Shown: positions 45,600-55,252 of the stretch, in pieces
Layout of the letters: each line of letters starts with the position of its first letter
Numbering within the stretch: the stretch's first letter is position 1
Program-made: the position numbers and the translations under genes
Virus record (IMG/VR): IMGVR_UViG_3300042544_003738
Location: 1-64,000 of that record
Reading direction: 5' to 3' (one strand)
Source: an uncultured virus (IMG/VR IMGVR_UViG_3300042544_003738)
Taxonomy: Duplodnaviria; Heunggongvirae; Uroviricota; Caudoviricetes
DNA: 64,000 nt
The notes under the pieces: model-generated
Databases searched by the model: none
Told to the model about the DNA's origin: nothing
The model's input: the letters and a program-made list of their open reading frames with translations, nothing else

Positions 45600-46883
45600 T
45601 TAAACCCTATCGTAAATCAGTTCAAGCCATTCACGCCTGATGATCCCTTGATCAAACAACCGCTGCACCACTTCCCAACGCACGCCAAACTCTTCTGCAA
45701 TACTCTCTTGTGTATCAGGATCATCCGCAATAGCTGCAAGAGCTTGCTGTAGTTGATCACACCCACTGCCATCCCTAATTACGTCAATGTTCTCTACAAT
45801 GGCTGTAATACGTTCACGGGCCCTGCGCATCTCTTCAACAGCAGTGTCTTTGTCTTTGAAGGACTTTGGTTTTTTGGGCAAGATTTTTGTTTTGCCTTTG
45901 GGCACTGATGCAACAGGATTGGCACGTTGGTAGGCAATTACTCCAGTTGCTAGCTCTTTGATGGCATCTTTGTCCAGTTGGGTAAGATCAGCACTGCTGC
46001 CAATAACTCGGCTTACACTTTTCCGGGCAAGAACCTCTGTAAGGTATCTGTCTTTGTTGACTTGTACACTGGCATGTGCACTGCCCTTCCAGATGTCCAT
46101 AGTGCTCAGCACTTCACTCATGACATCGGCAGCACTCCGCTTGGGGTTCTGTTTTGTAATGTTGAAAGTGGTTTCCAAGAGCATGCTGTCAAACTTGTCG
46201 TCCCTATTGGGATCAAAGCTAAGACTGATGATCTTGCCCACCTTCTTGGGATCTTTGCCTGGGGTAAGAACGCGGCTCATTTTTTGAATAGTTGCACCCA
46301 CCTCGCCGCTGTCGTAAGCCAGATACAACTCCGTAATCTCAGGAATACTGAAGCTGCGCTGTGCCATAAGGCTGCTGATGATCAGCACACTTTGATTTAG
46401 CTTGACAGCTTGTTCCATTTGCTCTCTTACCTTTCGCTCAGCATTAGCATTGCGCACTTTTTGTCCATCAATGAGGATGTTGCCACCCAACACAATCACT
46501 CGCCAAGCTGGCAGAGCACTTTGCGCAATCACACCAATGGCAGCCAGCTGGCCATCCTTCACTCGGGTGCTTCCTGGCACAAACATCATGGCTGTTTTTT
46601 GACGCTCGCGACCAAACCAGTTTTGGGTTTGTAGATCCACATTGGCAGGATCAACACCGTGCTTGCCTAGGAACACTGTCTCCAGCATCCGCACAAAAAA
46701 ACCTTTGGCTTTTTGCGGGTGCGCTGCAAACTTGCTCCAACTGGGCAGCAGCTTCATGTCTTCGTCATCAAACTCGCCAGCAGCTACACTCTGCATAACA
46801 GGCTCGCTGAGGTCCAGCTGAAACAGCCTCATGTCAGACACAAGAAGGTCTCGAGAGGTTTCAATCTTGAAATGCTTAAGCAT
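45600..46883 (-). CDS. SF2 helicase C-terminal half (restriction-type)
   Basis: MAQRSFSIP (motif V-like), IQKMSRVLTP (motif VI-like); 8-nt overlap with upstream helicase N-half. Confidence 0.65.
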   Translation of the reverse strand: MLKHFKIETSRDLLVSDMRLFQLDLSEPVMQSVAAGEFDDEDMKLLPSWSKFAAHPQKAKGFFVRMLETVFLGKHGVDPANVDLQTQNWFGRERQKTAMMFVPGSTRVKDGQLAAIGVIAQSALPAWRVIVLGGNILIDGQKVRNANAERKVREQMEQAVKLNQSVLIISSLMAQRSFSIPEITELYLAYDSGEVGATIQKMSRVLTPGKDPKKVGKIISLSFDPNRDDKFDSMLLETTFNITKQNPKRSAADVMSEVLSTMDIWKGSAHASVQVNKDRYLTEVLARKSVSRVIGSSADLTQLDKDAIKELATGVIAYQRANPVASVPKGKTKILPKKPKSFKDKDTAVEEMRRARERITAIVENIDVIRDGSGCDQLQQALAAIADDPDTQESIAEEFGVRWEVVQRLFDQGIIRREWLELIYDRV

Positions 46884-47856
46884 TGGCTGAATTCATCTCT
46901 TGACTAGCACGCTTCTGGATCAACAGTTCTGGATAGGTCACGCTCAGCATGGTGTCAATCTTCCACAGCTTGCTGGCCCTGTCAGCGTTGGTTCCGGTCA
47001 TAATGAGAACCTTATCGCGCTTGCCAATATATTTCTTCAGCAGTTCAGCCTGCCCAGGTCGATAGCTGCCATAGTCAGCCTCATCGACAATCAACAGCCG
47101 GTCTACCCTCTTCTGACACAGCCATTTGATGCGGGCCTCGCGCTGACCACCGCTGCACATACTGAGGTAGCATACCACAGGTTTCTTTTTCTTCAATGCC
47201 CCTGAGACAAGATCTTGCCAGCCTTCGCTCTGTGTGTCCACATGTTGGTAGTGTGCCCACTGCTCAAAGCTGGTGAGGTCTTTGGCAAAGCTGGCGAAAA
47301 CTGTTTTCACGTAACTGGCTACAATCACCAAAGGCACATCAAGCTCGCGAGCTACTGCGCCGCTGTAGATGGTCTTGCCAAATCGAGCACACAGCTCAGC
47401 CAGCACCACATGTTTCCCAGCTTGAAAGGCATCTAGGGTTTGTGTGCACATGCTGTATTGCATAGTGCTCAAGCCTGCCTGAGGCAGTGCTTGATTCACA
47501 CTGGCAAGATGTTGGTTGACCTTGAGAATCAGTTCCGCACTGCTGAGCATGTGGATCTCACCAGTAGTGCCTTTGCGATGCCCTACAAAGGTTCGAACGT
47601 AGTCGTCCATCCTTGCATGCTGACGGCTGCGGCCCACGCGCTGGGCGTAGTCAGTTACGTCCCAAATATGATCAACTGTAACAATGCCTGCTCGCAAGAG
47701 ATCTTTCCGCACGCCAAGGCTGTCGCGCACTCGAGCTCGAACTGAGTCTGCAGGAGTTTCATCTGGCAGGACCCAACGTTCGCCAAATTTGCATTCGTGT
47801 GGATTAGTGCTCTCACTCCACACGTATAAGAACATACGTCCTGGTTGTCCAGCCAT
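46876..47856 (-). CDS. Putative GIY-YIG/T5orf172-like nuclease fused to SF2 helicase N-terminal half
   Basis: N-terminal LYVW..KFG..R..D.YVR..GE; helicase CARFGKT, IVDEADYG, MTGT. Confidence 0.72.
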   Translation of the reverse strand: MAGQPGRMFLYVWSESTNPHECKFGERWVLPDETPADSVRARVRDSLGVRKDLLRAGIVTVDHIWDVTDYAQRVGRSRQHARMDDYVRTFVGHRKGTTGEIHMLSSAELILKVNQHLASVNQALPQAGLSTMQYSMCTQTLDAFQAGKHVVLAELCARFGKTIYSGAVARELDVPLVIVASYVKTVFASFAKDLTSFEQWAHYQHVDTQSEGWQDLVSGALKKKKPVVCYLSMCSGGQREARIKWLCQKRVDRLLIVDEADYGSYRPGQAELLKKYIGKRDKVLIMTGTNADRASKLWKIDTMLSVTYPELLIQKRASQEMNSANA

Positions 47857-48143
47857 CAGCTATTCCCTTCTTTTAGCGTGTGGTAGTTTTGGATCAGCTT
47901 GGAATAATCATATACCAAGAGTTCAGCCGTACGAACAATAAACATTGTCATCACAAATATGTCAACCCATCCTATGACATAGAGCAGCACCAGGATTCCT
48001 GTTACCAAATAAGTCTCATGGAGCATATACTGGATACAGCCGTTGGGCGTAGTGCTGTTTTCAATTGCACTCTTGACGCTCAATCGGGCACTCCAAATAC
48101 CTGCACCAATCATCAAGAAAATTAAAATGCCATCAGCTATCAT
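47856..48143 (-). CDS. Small membrane protein
   Basis: 95 aa, two to three hydrophobic segments; coupled to helicase gene. Confidence 0.6.
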   Translation of the reverse strand: MIADGILIFLMIGAGIWSARLSVKSAIENSTTPNGCIQYMLHETYLVTGILVLLYVIGWVDIFVMTMFIVRTAELLVYDYSKLIQNYHTLKEGNS

Positions 48144-48616
48144 GGATGCATTTCCTTACCAAAAATAAGTGGCGGGCTGCCCATCCCGCGCAAGGTGTCT
48201 GGCATCTGGGCTGCCTGAAAAACACGTTGGGTTACTATCCACTCAGGATACACAAGCCCTACTATCGCAGCATCCTCAAGGGAACTGCACCAGATTTGAA
48301 TACCAAGATTGCCAACTGAGGCGTCAATCATTTCATTTCGGCTGGCTGGGTCAACCCGATATTTGACAAAGTATGGTCCCGTCAATACTCGTCCCAGCTT
48401 GTCGCACCAGAGGAATAGGTCTTGGTCATTTTCACATTGACTTTTTTCATACATCCAACCCAAAACTACCCGGACCCAAGGACTATTGGCGTTGGCTTGG
48501 GCAAACTCCTCACACATGGTGTCCAACACGTCTTGGCTGGGCAGGCAAGTTTGATAACAGCCCGCCCAGCATTTAGTCCACTTCAAGGCAAATTCAAGAT
48601 GCGTTTCTTGAGTCAA
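48140..48616 (-). CDS. Hypothetical protein
   Basis: 158-aa ORF in coupled run. Confidence 0.6.
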   Translation of the reverse strand: MTQETHLEFALKWTKCWAGCYQTCLPSQDVLDTMCEEFAQANANSPWVRVVLGWMYEKSQCENDQDLFLWCDKLGRVLTGPYFVKYRVDPASRNEMIDASVGNLGIQIWCSSLEDAAIVGLVYPEWIVTQRVFQAAQMPDTLRGMGSPPLIFGKEMHP

Positions 48617-48622
48617 AGCCTG

Positions 48623-49558
48623 TTACACCTTGCCCCAGAAAGCTTTGACCACGCTCTTGCCGCGTGCAGTAGTGAGGCCTAGGGCCTTGACAACCACATC
48701 TACCATCTGTGCCTCATTTACCTTGCCCTTGTGGTCTTGGATCAGCGCACGCACCTGGGCTGCAACGCTGGGCTTTCCTGCGTCCTTGCTGGGCTTGGCT
48801 GCTGCTGGAGCCTTAACCTTGGCTTGCGTCTTCACAGCTTTGCCCTTGCGTGCAGGCGCCTTGCCTGCCTTCACCGCCTTGGGCAGAACCTTGTCCTGGC
48901 GAGCCTGCTCAGGTTCCGCATTGCTGTTAAGTGCACGCACAATAGCCTTAAGCGGCTTCTGCCAGTCCTGGATCAGCTTGTCGCTCTGTGCCTCAGCAAA
49001 CGCCTCAGCATAGTGCTCCTGCAGGCGGACTCGCACCTTGGGATGACCATATTTGGTAATAATCTTTTCAATTTCCACAGCCAGCTCCCGGAGCTCCATC
49101 TTGCCCTTGAGCACAAGGGTTTTGAGGTTGTCAATCCGGGAATAGCAAGCCACATATGCCTCAATCAGCTTGCCTGAGGCACTGAGCGTGAGGTTTTCCA
49201 TCCCAATGTCAGTGTTGGGCTTGGCCTGCTGCAACGCATTGTCAATGTAAGTGTAGCTCTTGGGGCTCAGCTGAGCTCCCCGATTGAGGCAGTAAGCAAT
49301 CTTACCCATAGTCTGCTGGGTGCCAAAAGGAACGTTCTTGACCACAGCAGCATCGTGGGGCCTGCCCACCTGCGTGAGATACGCTTGCGCTTCGCGAATC
49401 AGCTCTTCCGGCTCAGCAGCCTGATGCACCCAGTTCAGTGCAAGCCCATACCTCACATTGAAGTCTGGGGCCGTGTAGTCAAGGGTGCTGAAGTCGGGTG
49501 CACCACGGCTGTTCAAGATCTCTTGCAGCTTTGTGTCAGTGCGCGTCAACCGAGCCAT
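48623..49558 (-). CDS. Hypothetical early protein with Lys/Ala-rich linker and C-terminal helical domain shared with the SprT-like protein
   Basis: 311 aa, AGGAG RBS, TTGACA..GCTATATG promoter at 49614-49588. Confidence 0.72.
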   Translation of the reverse strand: MARLTRTDTKLQEILNSRGAPDFSTLDYTAPDFNVRYGLALNWVHQAAEPEELIREAQAYLTQVGRPHDAAVVKNVPFGTQQTMGKIAYCLNRGAQLSPKSYTYIDNALQQAKPNTDIGMENLTLSASGKLIEAYVACYSRIDNLKTLVLKGKMELRELAVEIEKIITKYGHPKVRVRLQEHYAEAFAEAQSDKLIQDWQKPLKAIVRALNSNAEPEQARQDKVLPKAVKAGKAPARKGKAVKTQAKVKAPAAAKPSKDAGKPSVAAQVRALIQDHKGKVNEAQMVDVVVKALGLTTARGKSVVKAFWGKV

Positions 49559-49757
49559 TTGGGTAACTCCTGTCTCTATGAGCCCAACATATAGCTAGTT
49601 GGGCCCAGTGTCAACCGTTTTCTTTGCCAAATTGCCAATTTTTTTGATGTGTGATTTCCGCAACACCCAAGACTTGAGGCAGCGCGGCACATTGCCCTGC
49701 TGCCTCAAGTTGTGTGCCCTCAAGAGTGCAACCGGGTTCCGGGGCACGACCTCGTCG

Positions 49758-50789
49758 TCACTTCCAGACGGGGTTACCGTCAGGGGCTTTCACCTCACTT
49801 GCCCAGGTTTGGCGAATTCTGGCCTTCACTACAGCTGGTATAGGCACATAATCCAACCGTTCAGCTATCTCGTCGCCATGTGTGTAAGCCCAGTCAAAAA
49901 ATCGCATCACTGTGAGGCTGTTGGTGGGGTTGCGAGGATCACGCGGCAACAGAATGTAGGTGGGACTCACAATAGGCCAACTGTTGGCGCCAGGCTGGTC
50001 AACGAGGTCAACAGCAAAGTTAGGCACGTTCCAGTTGGCAGATGCTGCTGTAGCCTCAAAAGCCTTGTGAGTGGGCTTCACCCAATGTCCATCGCGGTTG
50101 CGGATTTGCGTGGTAACCAATCCAGCTTGCTGAGCATAGGCATTTTCCACATAACCAATGGCTCCCATGATCTGACGCACACTGGCGCTAACACCCTCGT
50201 TTCCTCGTGCTCCAGTGCCAGTGGGCCACTTAACTGAGGTGCCTGTACCTACCTGGGTGCGCCATTGCTCACTCACTGCCGATAGGTAACTGGCCCAAAC
50301 AAAGGTTGTTCCACTGCCATCTGCGCGATACACCACTGCAATAGTCAAATTAGGCAAGCGAATTGTTGGATTCAGTTCCACAATGCGTTGATCATTCCAC
50401 TTTACGATCTTACCTAGATAGATGTCTGCCAACACTGGACCAGTGAGTCTCAGTTGCTCTCGCTCTAGACCCGGCACATGGACTGCTGCAACTAAACTGC
50501 CCATAGCTGTTGGAAACTGCACTAAGTTGTTTTTTTCCAAATCCTCCTGTTTCATAGGAGCATCACTGGCCCCAAAATCCACAGTGCGGTTCCGGATTTG
50601 GTTTTGCCCAGCACCGCTGCCCACACTTTGGTAGTTGAGTGCAATACCAGTTTTCTTCGCTTCCTCTCCCCATTTTTGATAAAGCGGGTTGGGAAAAGTG
50701 GCACCAGCACCGTTTATTGGTTGCGCAACTACACCAGTAGCACCCATTGCCATCAACGCAGCAGCCATCAACAATTTTTTCAAACCCAT
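49758..50789 (-). CDS. pstS: Phosphate ABC transporter substrate-binding protein PstS (auxiliary metabolic gene)
   Basis: Signal peptide; GAGATFP.P.Y, NYQSVGSGAG, DFGASD, RADGSGTT, GNEGV, IGYVE, WPI motifs. Confidence 0.95.
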   Translation of the reverse strand: MGLKKLLMAAALMAMGATGVVAQPINGAGATFPNPLYQKWGEEAKKTGIALNYQSVGSGAGQNQIRNRTVDFGASDAPMKQEDLEKNNLVQFPTAMGSLVAAVHVPGLEREQLRLTGPVLADIYLGKIVKWNDQRIVELNPTIRLPNLTIAVVYRADGSGTTFVWASYLSAVSEQWRTQVGTGTSVKWPTGTGARGNEGVSASVRQIMGAIGYVENAYAQQAGLVTTQIRNRDGHWVKPTHKAFEATAASANWNVPNFAVDLVDQPGANSWPIVSPTYILLPRDPRNPTNSLTVMRFFDWAYTHGDEIAERLDYVPIPAVVKARIRQTWASEVKAPDGNPVWK

Positions 50790-50950
50790 AAAGTTTCCTT
50801 TCATAGTTTCTTTTGGTAATCTCAGTTTGCCGACGATTTTCCAAATATGCAATGAGGCTCTAAAGTTTTAATACGACTGTAATACAGCTTTCAACATAAG
50901 AAAGAGTCAGGAGTGTGACTATCATAAATATCACAAATGAGGAAAATGTT

Positions 50951-52045
50951 ATGCCGCCGTTGACGTTCTGGAATGGAGTTGGTGCGAAAAACAAAGATTA
51001 CAAGTTCTTTGATCGCATGGCATCTCAGTATATGAACATGGGTGGTACAGAATTTTATTGCCATAAGTACGTTGGGCCACTGAATCCAGATCCCAAGATT
51101 GTTACACCTGACACAGACGAAACCAACTTACTCAGCATATCAGACTTAGTGAACTTGGAGGTGAGAGACAGAAAATATGACAACGACGTCTACAGCCTCA
51201 AGGGACACTACTTAGTCACTGACACAGAGTTTGATTTGAAGCAGTTTGGTTTTTTCCTGTCAACAGATACAATTTTCATAACCTTTCATATCAACCAAAT
51301 GGTTACCCAACTGGGCCGACGGTTAATGAGTGGTGATGTACTTGAAGTGCTGCACATGAGAGACGACACTACTTTGGATGGCAGGCCCATCAACAAGTTT
51401 TACGTGATCCAAGAGGGCACACGTCCTGCAGAAGGATTTAGCCCCACTTGGTGGGCACATCTATGGCGTGTGAAGTGCCAACCACTTACAGACAGTCAAG
51501 AGTTCCAGGACATTTTGAATAAAGAATTGGAAGATCGTGGAGATGGAATTGTGCCTGAGCCCAATCCTGACGGCAGCATGCCTACAATTGGTGATATCAC
51601 TAGCGTATATGACAAAGAAATCAGCATCAACGATGGTGTTTTGGAAGAGGCTACTGCTAACGTGGCATTCAGAAACTGGCAAAGCACACACTTTTACATC
51701 CTTCAAGAGGACTTAGACCAACCTATTTCAGTCTACAACTCAGACGGTATCCCACCAAACCAAAGCAAACCTGTGCCTTCTGGCACAAGTTTTCCCGCTG
51801 TTAACAAAGAAGGCGACTATTTCCTTCGCTTAGATTATGTTCCCCCTGTATTATACAAACGGACTGCATCAAAGTGGAAGAGAGTTGAGACCAATTATAG
51901 GGCCCCGTGGCTACCCGCTAACCGCGTGCTCACTAGCTTCATAAACAACAAAAACAAAACCACTCTCACAGATGGTAGTGTGATTGATGAACGCCAAAAC
52001 CTGCGCACAGCTATCAAACCCAAACTCGATCCAGATATTTTATGA
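50951..52045 (+). CDS. Neck protein (T4 gp14-like)
   Basis: DLKQFGFFLSTDTIFITFH, GDVLE; CATAAATA at 50923-50930; precedes gp15-like gene. Confidence 0.6.
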   Translation: MPPLTFWNGVGAKNKDYKFFDRMASQYMNMGGTEFYCHKYVGPLNPDPKIVTPDTDETNLLSISDLVNLEVRDRKYDNDVYSLKGHYLVTDTEFDLKQFGFFLSTDTIFITFHINQMVTQLGRRLMSGDVLEVLHMRDDTTLDGRPINKFYVIQEGTRPAEGFSPTWWAHLWRVKCQPLTDSQEFQDILNKELEDRGDGIVPEPNPDGSMPTIGDITSVYDKEISINDGVLEEATANVAFRNWQSTHFYILQEDLDQPISVYNSDGIPPNQSKPVPSGTSFPAVNKEGDYFLRLDYVPPVLYKRTASKWKRVETNYRAPWLPANRVLTSFINNKNKTTLTDGSVIDERQNLRTAIKPKLDPDIL

Positions 52046-52055
52046 GGAGACAAAC

Positions 52056-52499
52056 ATGAGTAAAACAACAGGCGAAAAAGGGCTATCACTTATCAAGAGT
52101 TTTGAAGGCTTGCGATTGGACGCCTATATCTGTCCTGCAGGTGTAGCCACTATTGGTTATGGCACAACCAAAATCAATAGTCAAGCAGTTAAAGTGCCGT
52201 CAGTTATAACAGAGTCCCAAGCCAACGACTATCTGAAAACTGATGTCAAAGCATTTGAGCAATCTGTTAACAGTGCTGTCTCTGTGCCAGTTACACAAAA
52301 CCAATTTGACGCACTTGTGAGTTTCACTTACAATCTAGGCGCTGGCAATTTACGTAGCAGCACACTCTTGAAAAAGCTCAATGCAGGTGACTATGCTGGT
52401 GCTGCTGATGAGTTCCCCAAATGGAACAAAGCTGGTGGCAAAGAACTGGCAGGTTTGACCCGCCGCCGAAATGCTGAAAGGGACTTGTTTCTCAGCTAA
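52056..52499 (+). CDS. Phage lysozyme (GH24 muramidase)
   Basis: IKSFEGL.L.AY.CPAGV.TIGYG, QNQFDALVSF.YN.G, GL.RRR.AE; GAGGAG RBS. Confidence 0.93.
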   Translation: MSKTTGEKGLSLIKSFEGLRLDAYICPAGVATIGYGTTKINSQAVKVPSVITESQANDYLKTDVKAFEQSVNSAVSVPVTQNQFDALVSFTYNLGAGNLRSSTLLKKLNAGDYAGAADEFPKWNKAGGKELAGLTRRRNAERDLFLS

Positions 52500-54382
52500 T
52501 GGAATATTGGTACAACCAACAGCTACGGCAGTATAGACTTCAAGTCATACGAGCATTCAGCAACTTCAGTGTAAGCATGGGTATCAACAGCGACGGCACC
52601 CCGAAGCTGAGGCGAGTGCCTTGTCGCTATGGTGACCCTTCACGTTTGGCAGAAACCATCACAAATGCCAACAGTGAAAACAAATTACCAACAGCCCCTT
52701 TCATCTCAGTCTATTTGACAGCCATGAGTTTGGCACCCAACCGGCGTCATGCTCCAAGCCTTGTTTCAACACAAAACGTTATTGAACGTGAATACGACGG
52801 AGAAAATAGTCGCTACCTAGGTACACAAGGTAACAGAAGCACTGTTGAACGTTATATGGCTGTACCTTTTGACCTGACCTTCAACGTAGACTTTTGGACC
52901 AGTAACCTTAACCAAAAAGAAGAGCTTATTGAGCAAACCCAAGTACTCTATAATGGAATGATTGATATTCAAACATCGAACAATCCCTTGGACTGGACAG
53001 CTATTACAACCCTTGAGCCCACAAACATCACTTGGAGCAGTCGAAGTATTCCCATTGGTACAGAAAACCCCATTGATGTTTGTACTGTTGAATACAAAGT
53101 GCCAATTTTCATAAATCCACCAGCCAAAGTAAAACTACAAAAGATAATTCAAGAGATTGTAACAAATATACGTGAAGGTGAATATGATCCCAACACAATG
53201 GAGTGGACCGAACAGTCTTTGCTGAGTAGAGTGTTAACAACTCCTCTGGATGCCTGTATTGCCATGGCCAATGCAGGTGAAAACACCTGGGAAATCAGCC
53301 TACAAAGTCCTTCTGGTAGTACGATTGATCCTCAGACATTGCCGACCCGTGTGTTGGGCAGAAAAAATCCTGTATTGACACCTGGTACTACATTCAAGTT
53401 CAATGGGCAAGCTATAACAATACCCAACACAAGTATTGATGATTTAATCAACTTGATTCGAGTGCGAACTGTTGAACCCAGTTTGAACGCAGTTTTTAAT
53501 TTGAATCAGCAAATTGAATTTTGGAACATGACTGGTGGAGATATTGTCTTGGAAAACGTGGAAGGCACACCAATCCAAGATTTGGGATTTCAGCCCACCA
53601 TATACAAGGGCGGAACCTTGGCTTGGTGGAGGCTCTTGGACAAATATGGCGCAGTAAAACCCCAAAGCAGTTTCCAAGAAAACGCTAGCCAAATAAGGCT
53701 GTTGTCAACAGATGATCTTGACAACAGAGACTCTGACATTGTGGGATATATTGATTTTCATCCCACCAACCAAAACTATTTGATTTGGAAAGGCAAACTT
53801 TCCAGTTGGCCCGGAGATCAACTTCCTCCCATCACTGCTGTTATTGATCCACAGCGCACTTACCCTGGCTCTGGCTTGACTGAGGAAAGATTTGGTCAAA
53901 GATATTTGTTGACAAATGAAATTGCATTTCAAAGCGGCGCGTGGGGCAATGTTCAGGCAATACCAAATGTGCAGGCACTGGTAGTTGGTAGGGTCAGCAC
54001 CAACGAACTGGTAATAGAACCTGTTGATCAAGCCCAGTTAAGCCTGAACCGCAGCATGCAAATCCTATTTGGGTCAGGCATTACACAAACTGCAAGTGTT
54101 GTGCAAATTGTACAATTGAATGCACTTCAATACCAAGTGGTTTTGTCAGGAGACTCTGTTGCACAAATTGGAGATTTTGTGCAAGTAATTTACCCTGTTA
54201 TTGCCAACGATATAATTGAATACAACGGCTCACAATGGGTTTTGGCCTTTGACAGCAGCAGCCCTTTGCAGACATTGGTGTTGAATCAATACAGTCAAAA
54301 ATGGTTTCTTTGGACGAATCAAGAATGGAAAGCTTTTCCCAAGAGCACGTATACACAGGGCTTATGGCGTCTCAGCCTCTAA
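52499..54382 (+). CDS. Tail terminator / sheath stabiliser (T4 gp15-like) with C-terminal extension
   Basis: Y.YNQQLR, VPCRYG, VPFDLTF, QKEELIEQ...YN motifs. Confidence 0.7.
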   Translation: MEYWYNQQLRQYRLQVIRAFSNFSVSMGINSDGTPKLRRVPCRYGDPSRLAETITNANSENKLPTAPFISVYLTAMSLAPNRRHAPSLVSTQNVIEREYDGENSRYLGTQGNRSTVERYMAVPFDLTFNVDFWTSNLNQKEELIEQTQVLYNGMIDIQTSNNPLDWTAITTLEPTNITWSSRSIPIGTENPIDVCTVEYKVPIFINPPAKVKLQKIIQEIVTNIREGEYDPNTMEWTEQSLLSRVLTTPLDACIAMANAGENTWEISLQSPSGSTIDPQTLPTRVLGRKNPVLTPGTTFKFNGQAITIPNTSIDDLINLIRVRTVEPSLNAVFNLNQQIEFWNMTGGDIVLENVEGTPIQDLGFQPTIYKGGTLAWWRLLDKYGAVKPQSSFQENASQIRLLSTDDLDNRDSDIVGYIDFHPTNQNYLIWKGKLSSWPGDQLPPITAVIDPQRTYPGSGLTEERFGQRYLLTNEIAFQSGAWGNVQAIPNVQALVVGRVSTNELVIEPVDQAQLSLNRSMQILFGSGITQTASVVQIVQLNALQYQVVLSGDSVAQIGDFVQVIYPVIANDIIEYNGSQWVLAFDSSSPLQTLVLNQYSQKWFLWTNQEWKAFPKSTYTQGLWRLSL

Positions 54383-54390
54383 ATAATCCT

Positions 54391-55155
54391 ATGAAACAGT
54401 ATCCCACAAAGCCAGTTGCACAAGTTGATATGCAAATAATGGACCAATTTATTGATCCCAATACGCGGCAAATTTTGAAAATTCTTCATGATCATCATGT
54501 GTCCACTCGGATTGTAGGTGGTGCAGTGAGAGACATGTTGCTACATAAAAAACCACGGGATATTGATTTGGTAGTGGACGCAGATCCTAGTGAAACGTTG
54601 TTTCTCTTGAACCTATATGGAATTGAGGCAGAAACACAGGGCATCAAACATGGCACCATCAAAGCCGTTTTTAGGCAGAACGGGGACAAAAACAAAGTGG
54701 AAATAACCAGTTTGGGTTACAGGATACAGTTGAAAGGTGCTCGACCTTTTCTCAAAAAAGCCAAAAACTGGGCTACAGACAGTGAAATGCGGGACCTGAC
54801 AATCAACAGCATGAGTATGGATTTACATGGCCACATTTGGGATTATCAAGGCGGATACGCCGATTTGAAGCACAGTCGTATCCGAATGTTGCCTGATACT
54901 AAATCCAACATCAAGGACGATCCCAACCAAATCATGCGATACTTCAAAGCCTTGACTATGTTTCCACAACCACTTATGGTGAAAACAGACCTTGAGTGGA
55001 TCAAGAAACACATTAGCTTGTTAGCTGACCAAGAAGATGACGAGAGAGTTATCAGAAACTTATTGAGTATTCAAAAAAGCCCAAATGCTGACAGAATATT
55101 AGAATTGATGTGCCAATTGGGTGTAAAAAAATACATTTCCTACTTACCTTGTTAG
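54391..55155 (+). CDS. Class II tRNA nucleotidyltransferase / poly(A) polymerase-like enzyme
   Basis: VGGAVRD..DID, GIKHGT, VEITSL, RDLTINSM, DY.GG..DL; start MKQYP after TAAATA. Confidence 0.85.
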   Translation: MKQYPTKPVAQVDMQIMDQFIDPNTRQILKILHDHHVSTRIVGGAVRDMLLHKKPRDIDLVVDADPSETLFLLNLYGIEAETQGIKHGTIKAVFRQNGDKNKVEITSLGYRIQLKGARPFLKKAKNWATDSEMRDLTINSMSMDLHGHIWDYQGGYADLKHSRIRMLPDTKSNIKDDPNQIMRYFKALTMFPQPLMVKTDLEWIKKHISLLADQEDDERVIRNLLSIQKSPNADRILELMCQLGVKKYISYLPC

Positions 55156-55252
55156 TATTTTTGCCTCAGTAACACCAGTAACAAAGTAGCAATGTATGTC
55201 CTGACTCTGCTATAATGATGGCAACAACTCTCTATGTATATAAGGACCAAGA

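Noticed and set aside
49599..50237. 212-aa plus-strand ORF
   Set aside because: Shadow ORF antisense to pstS
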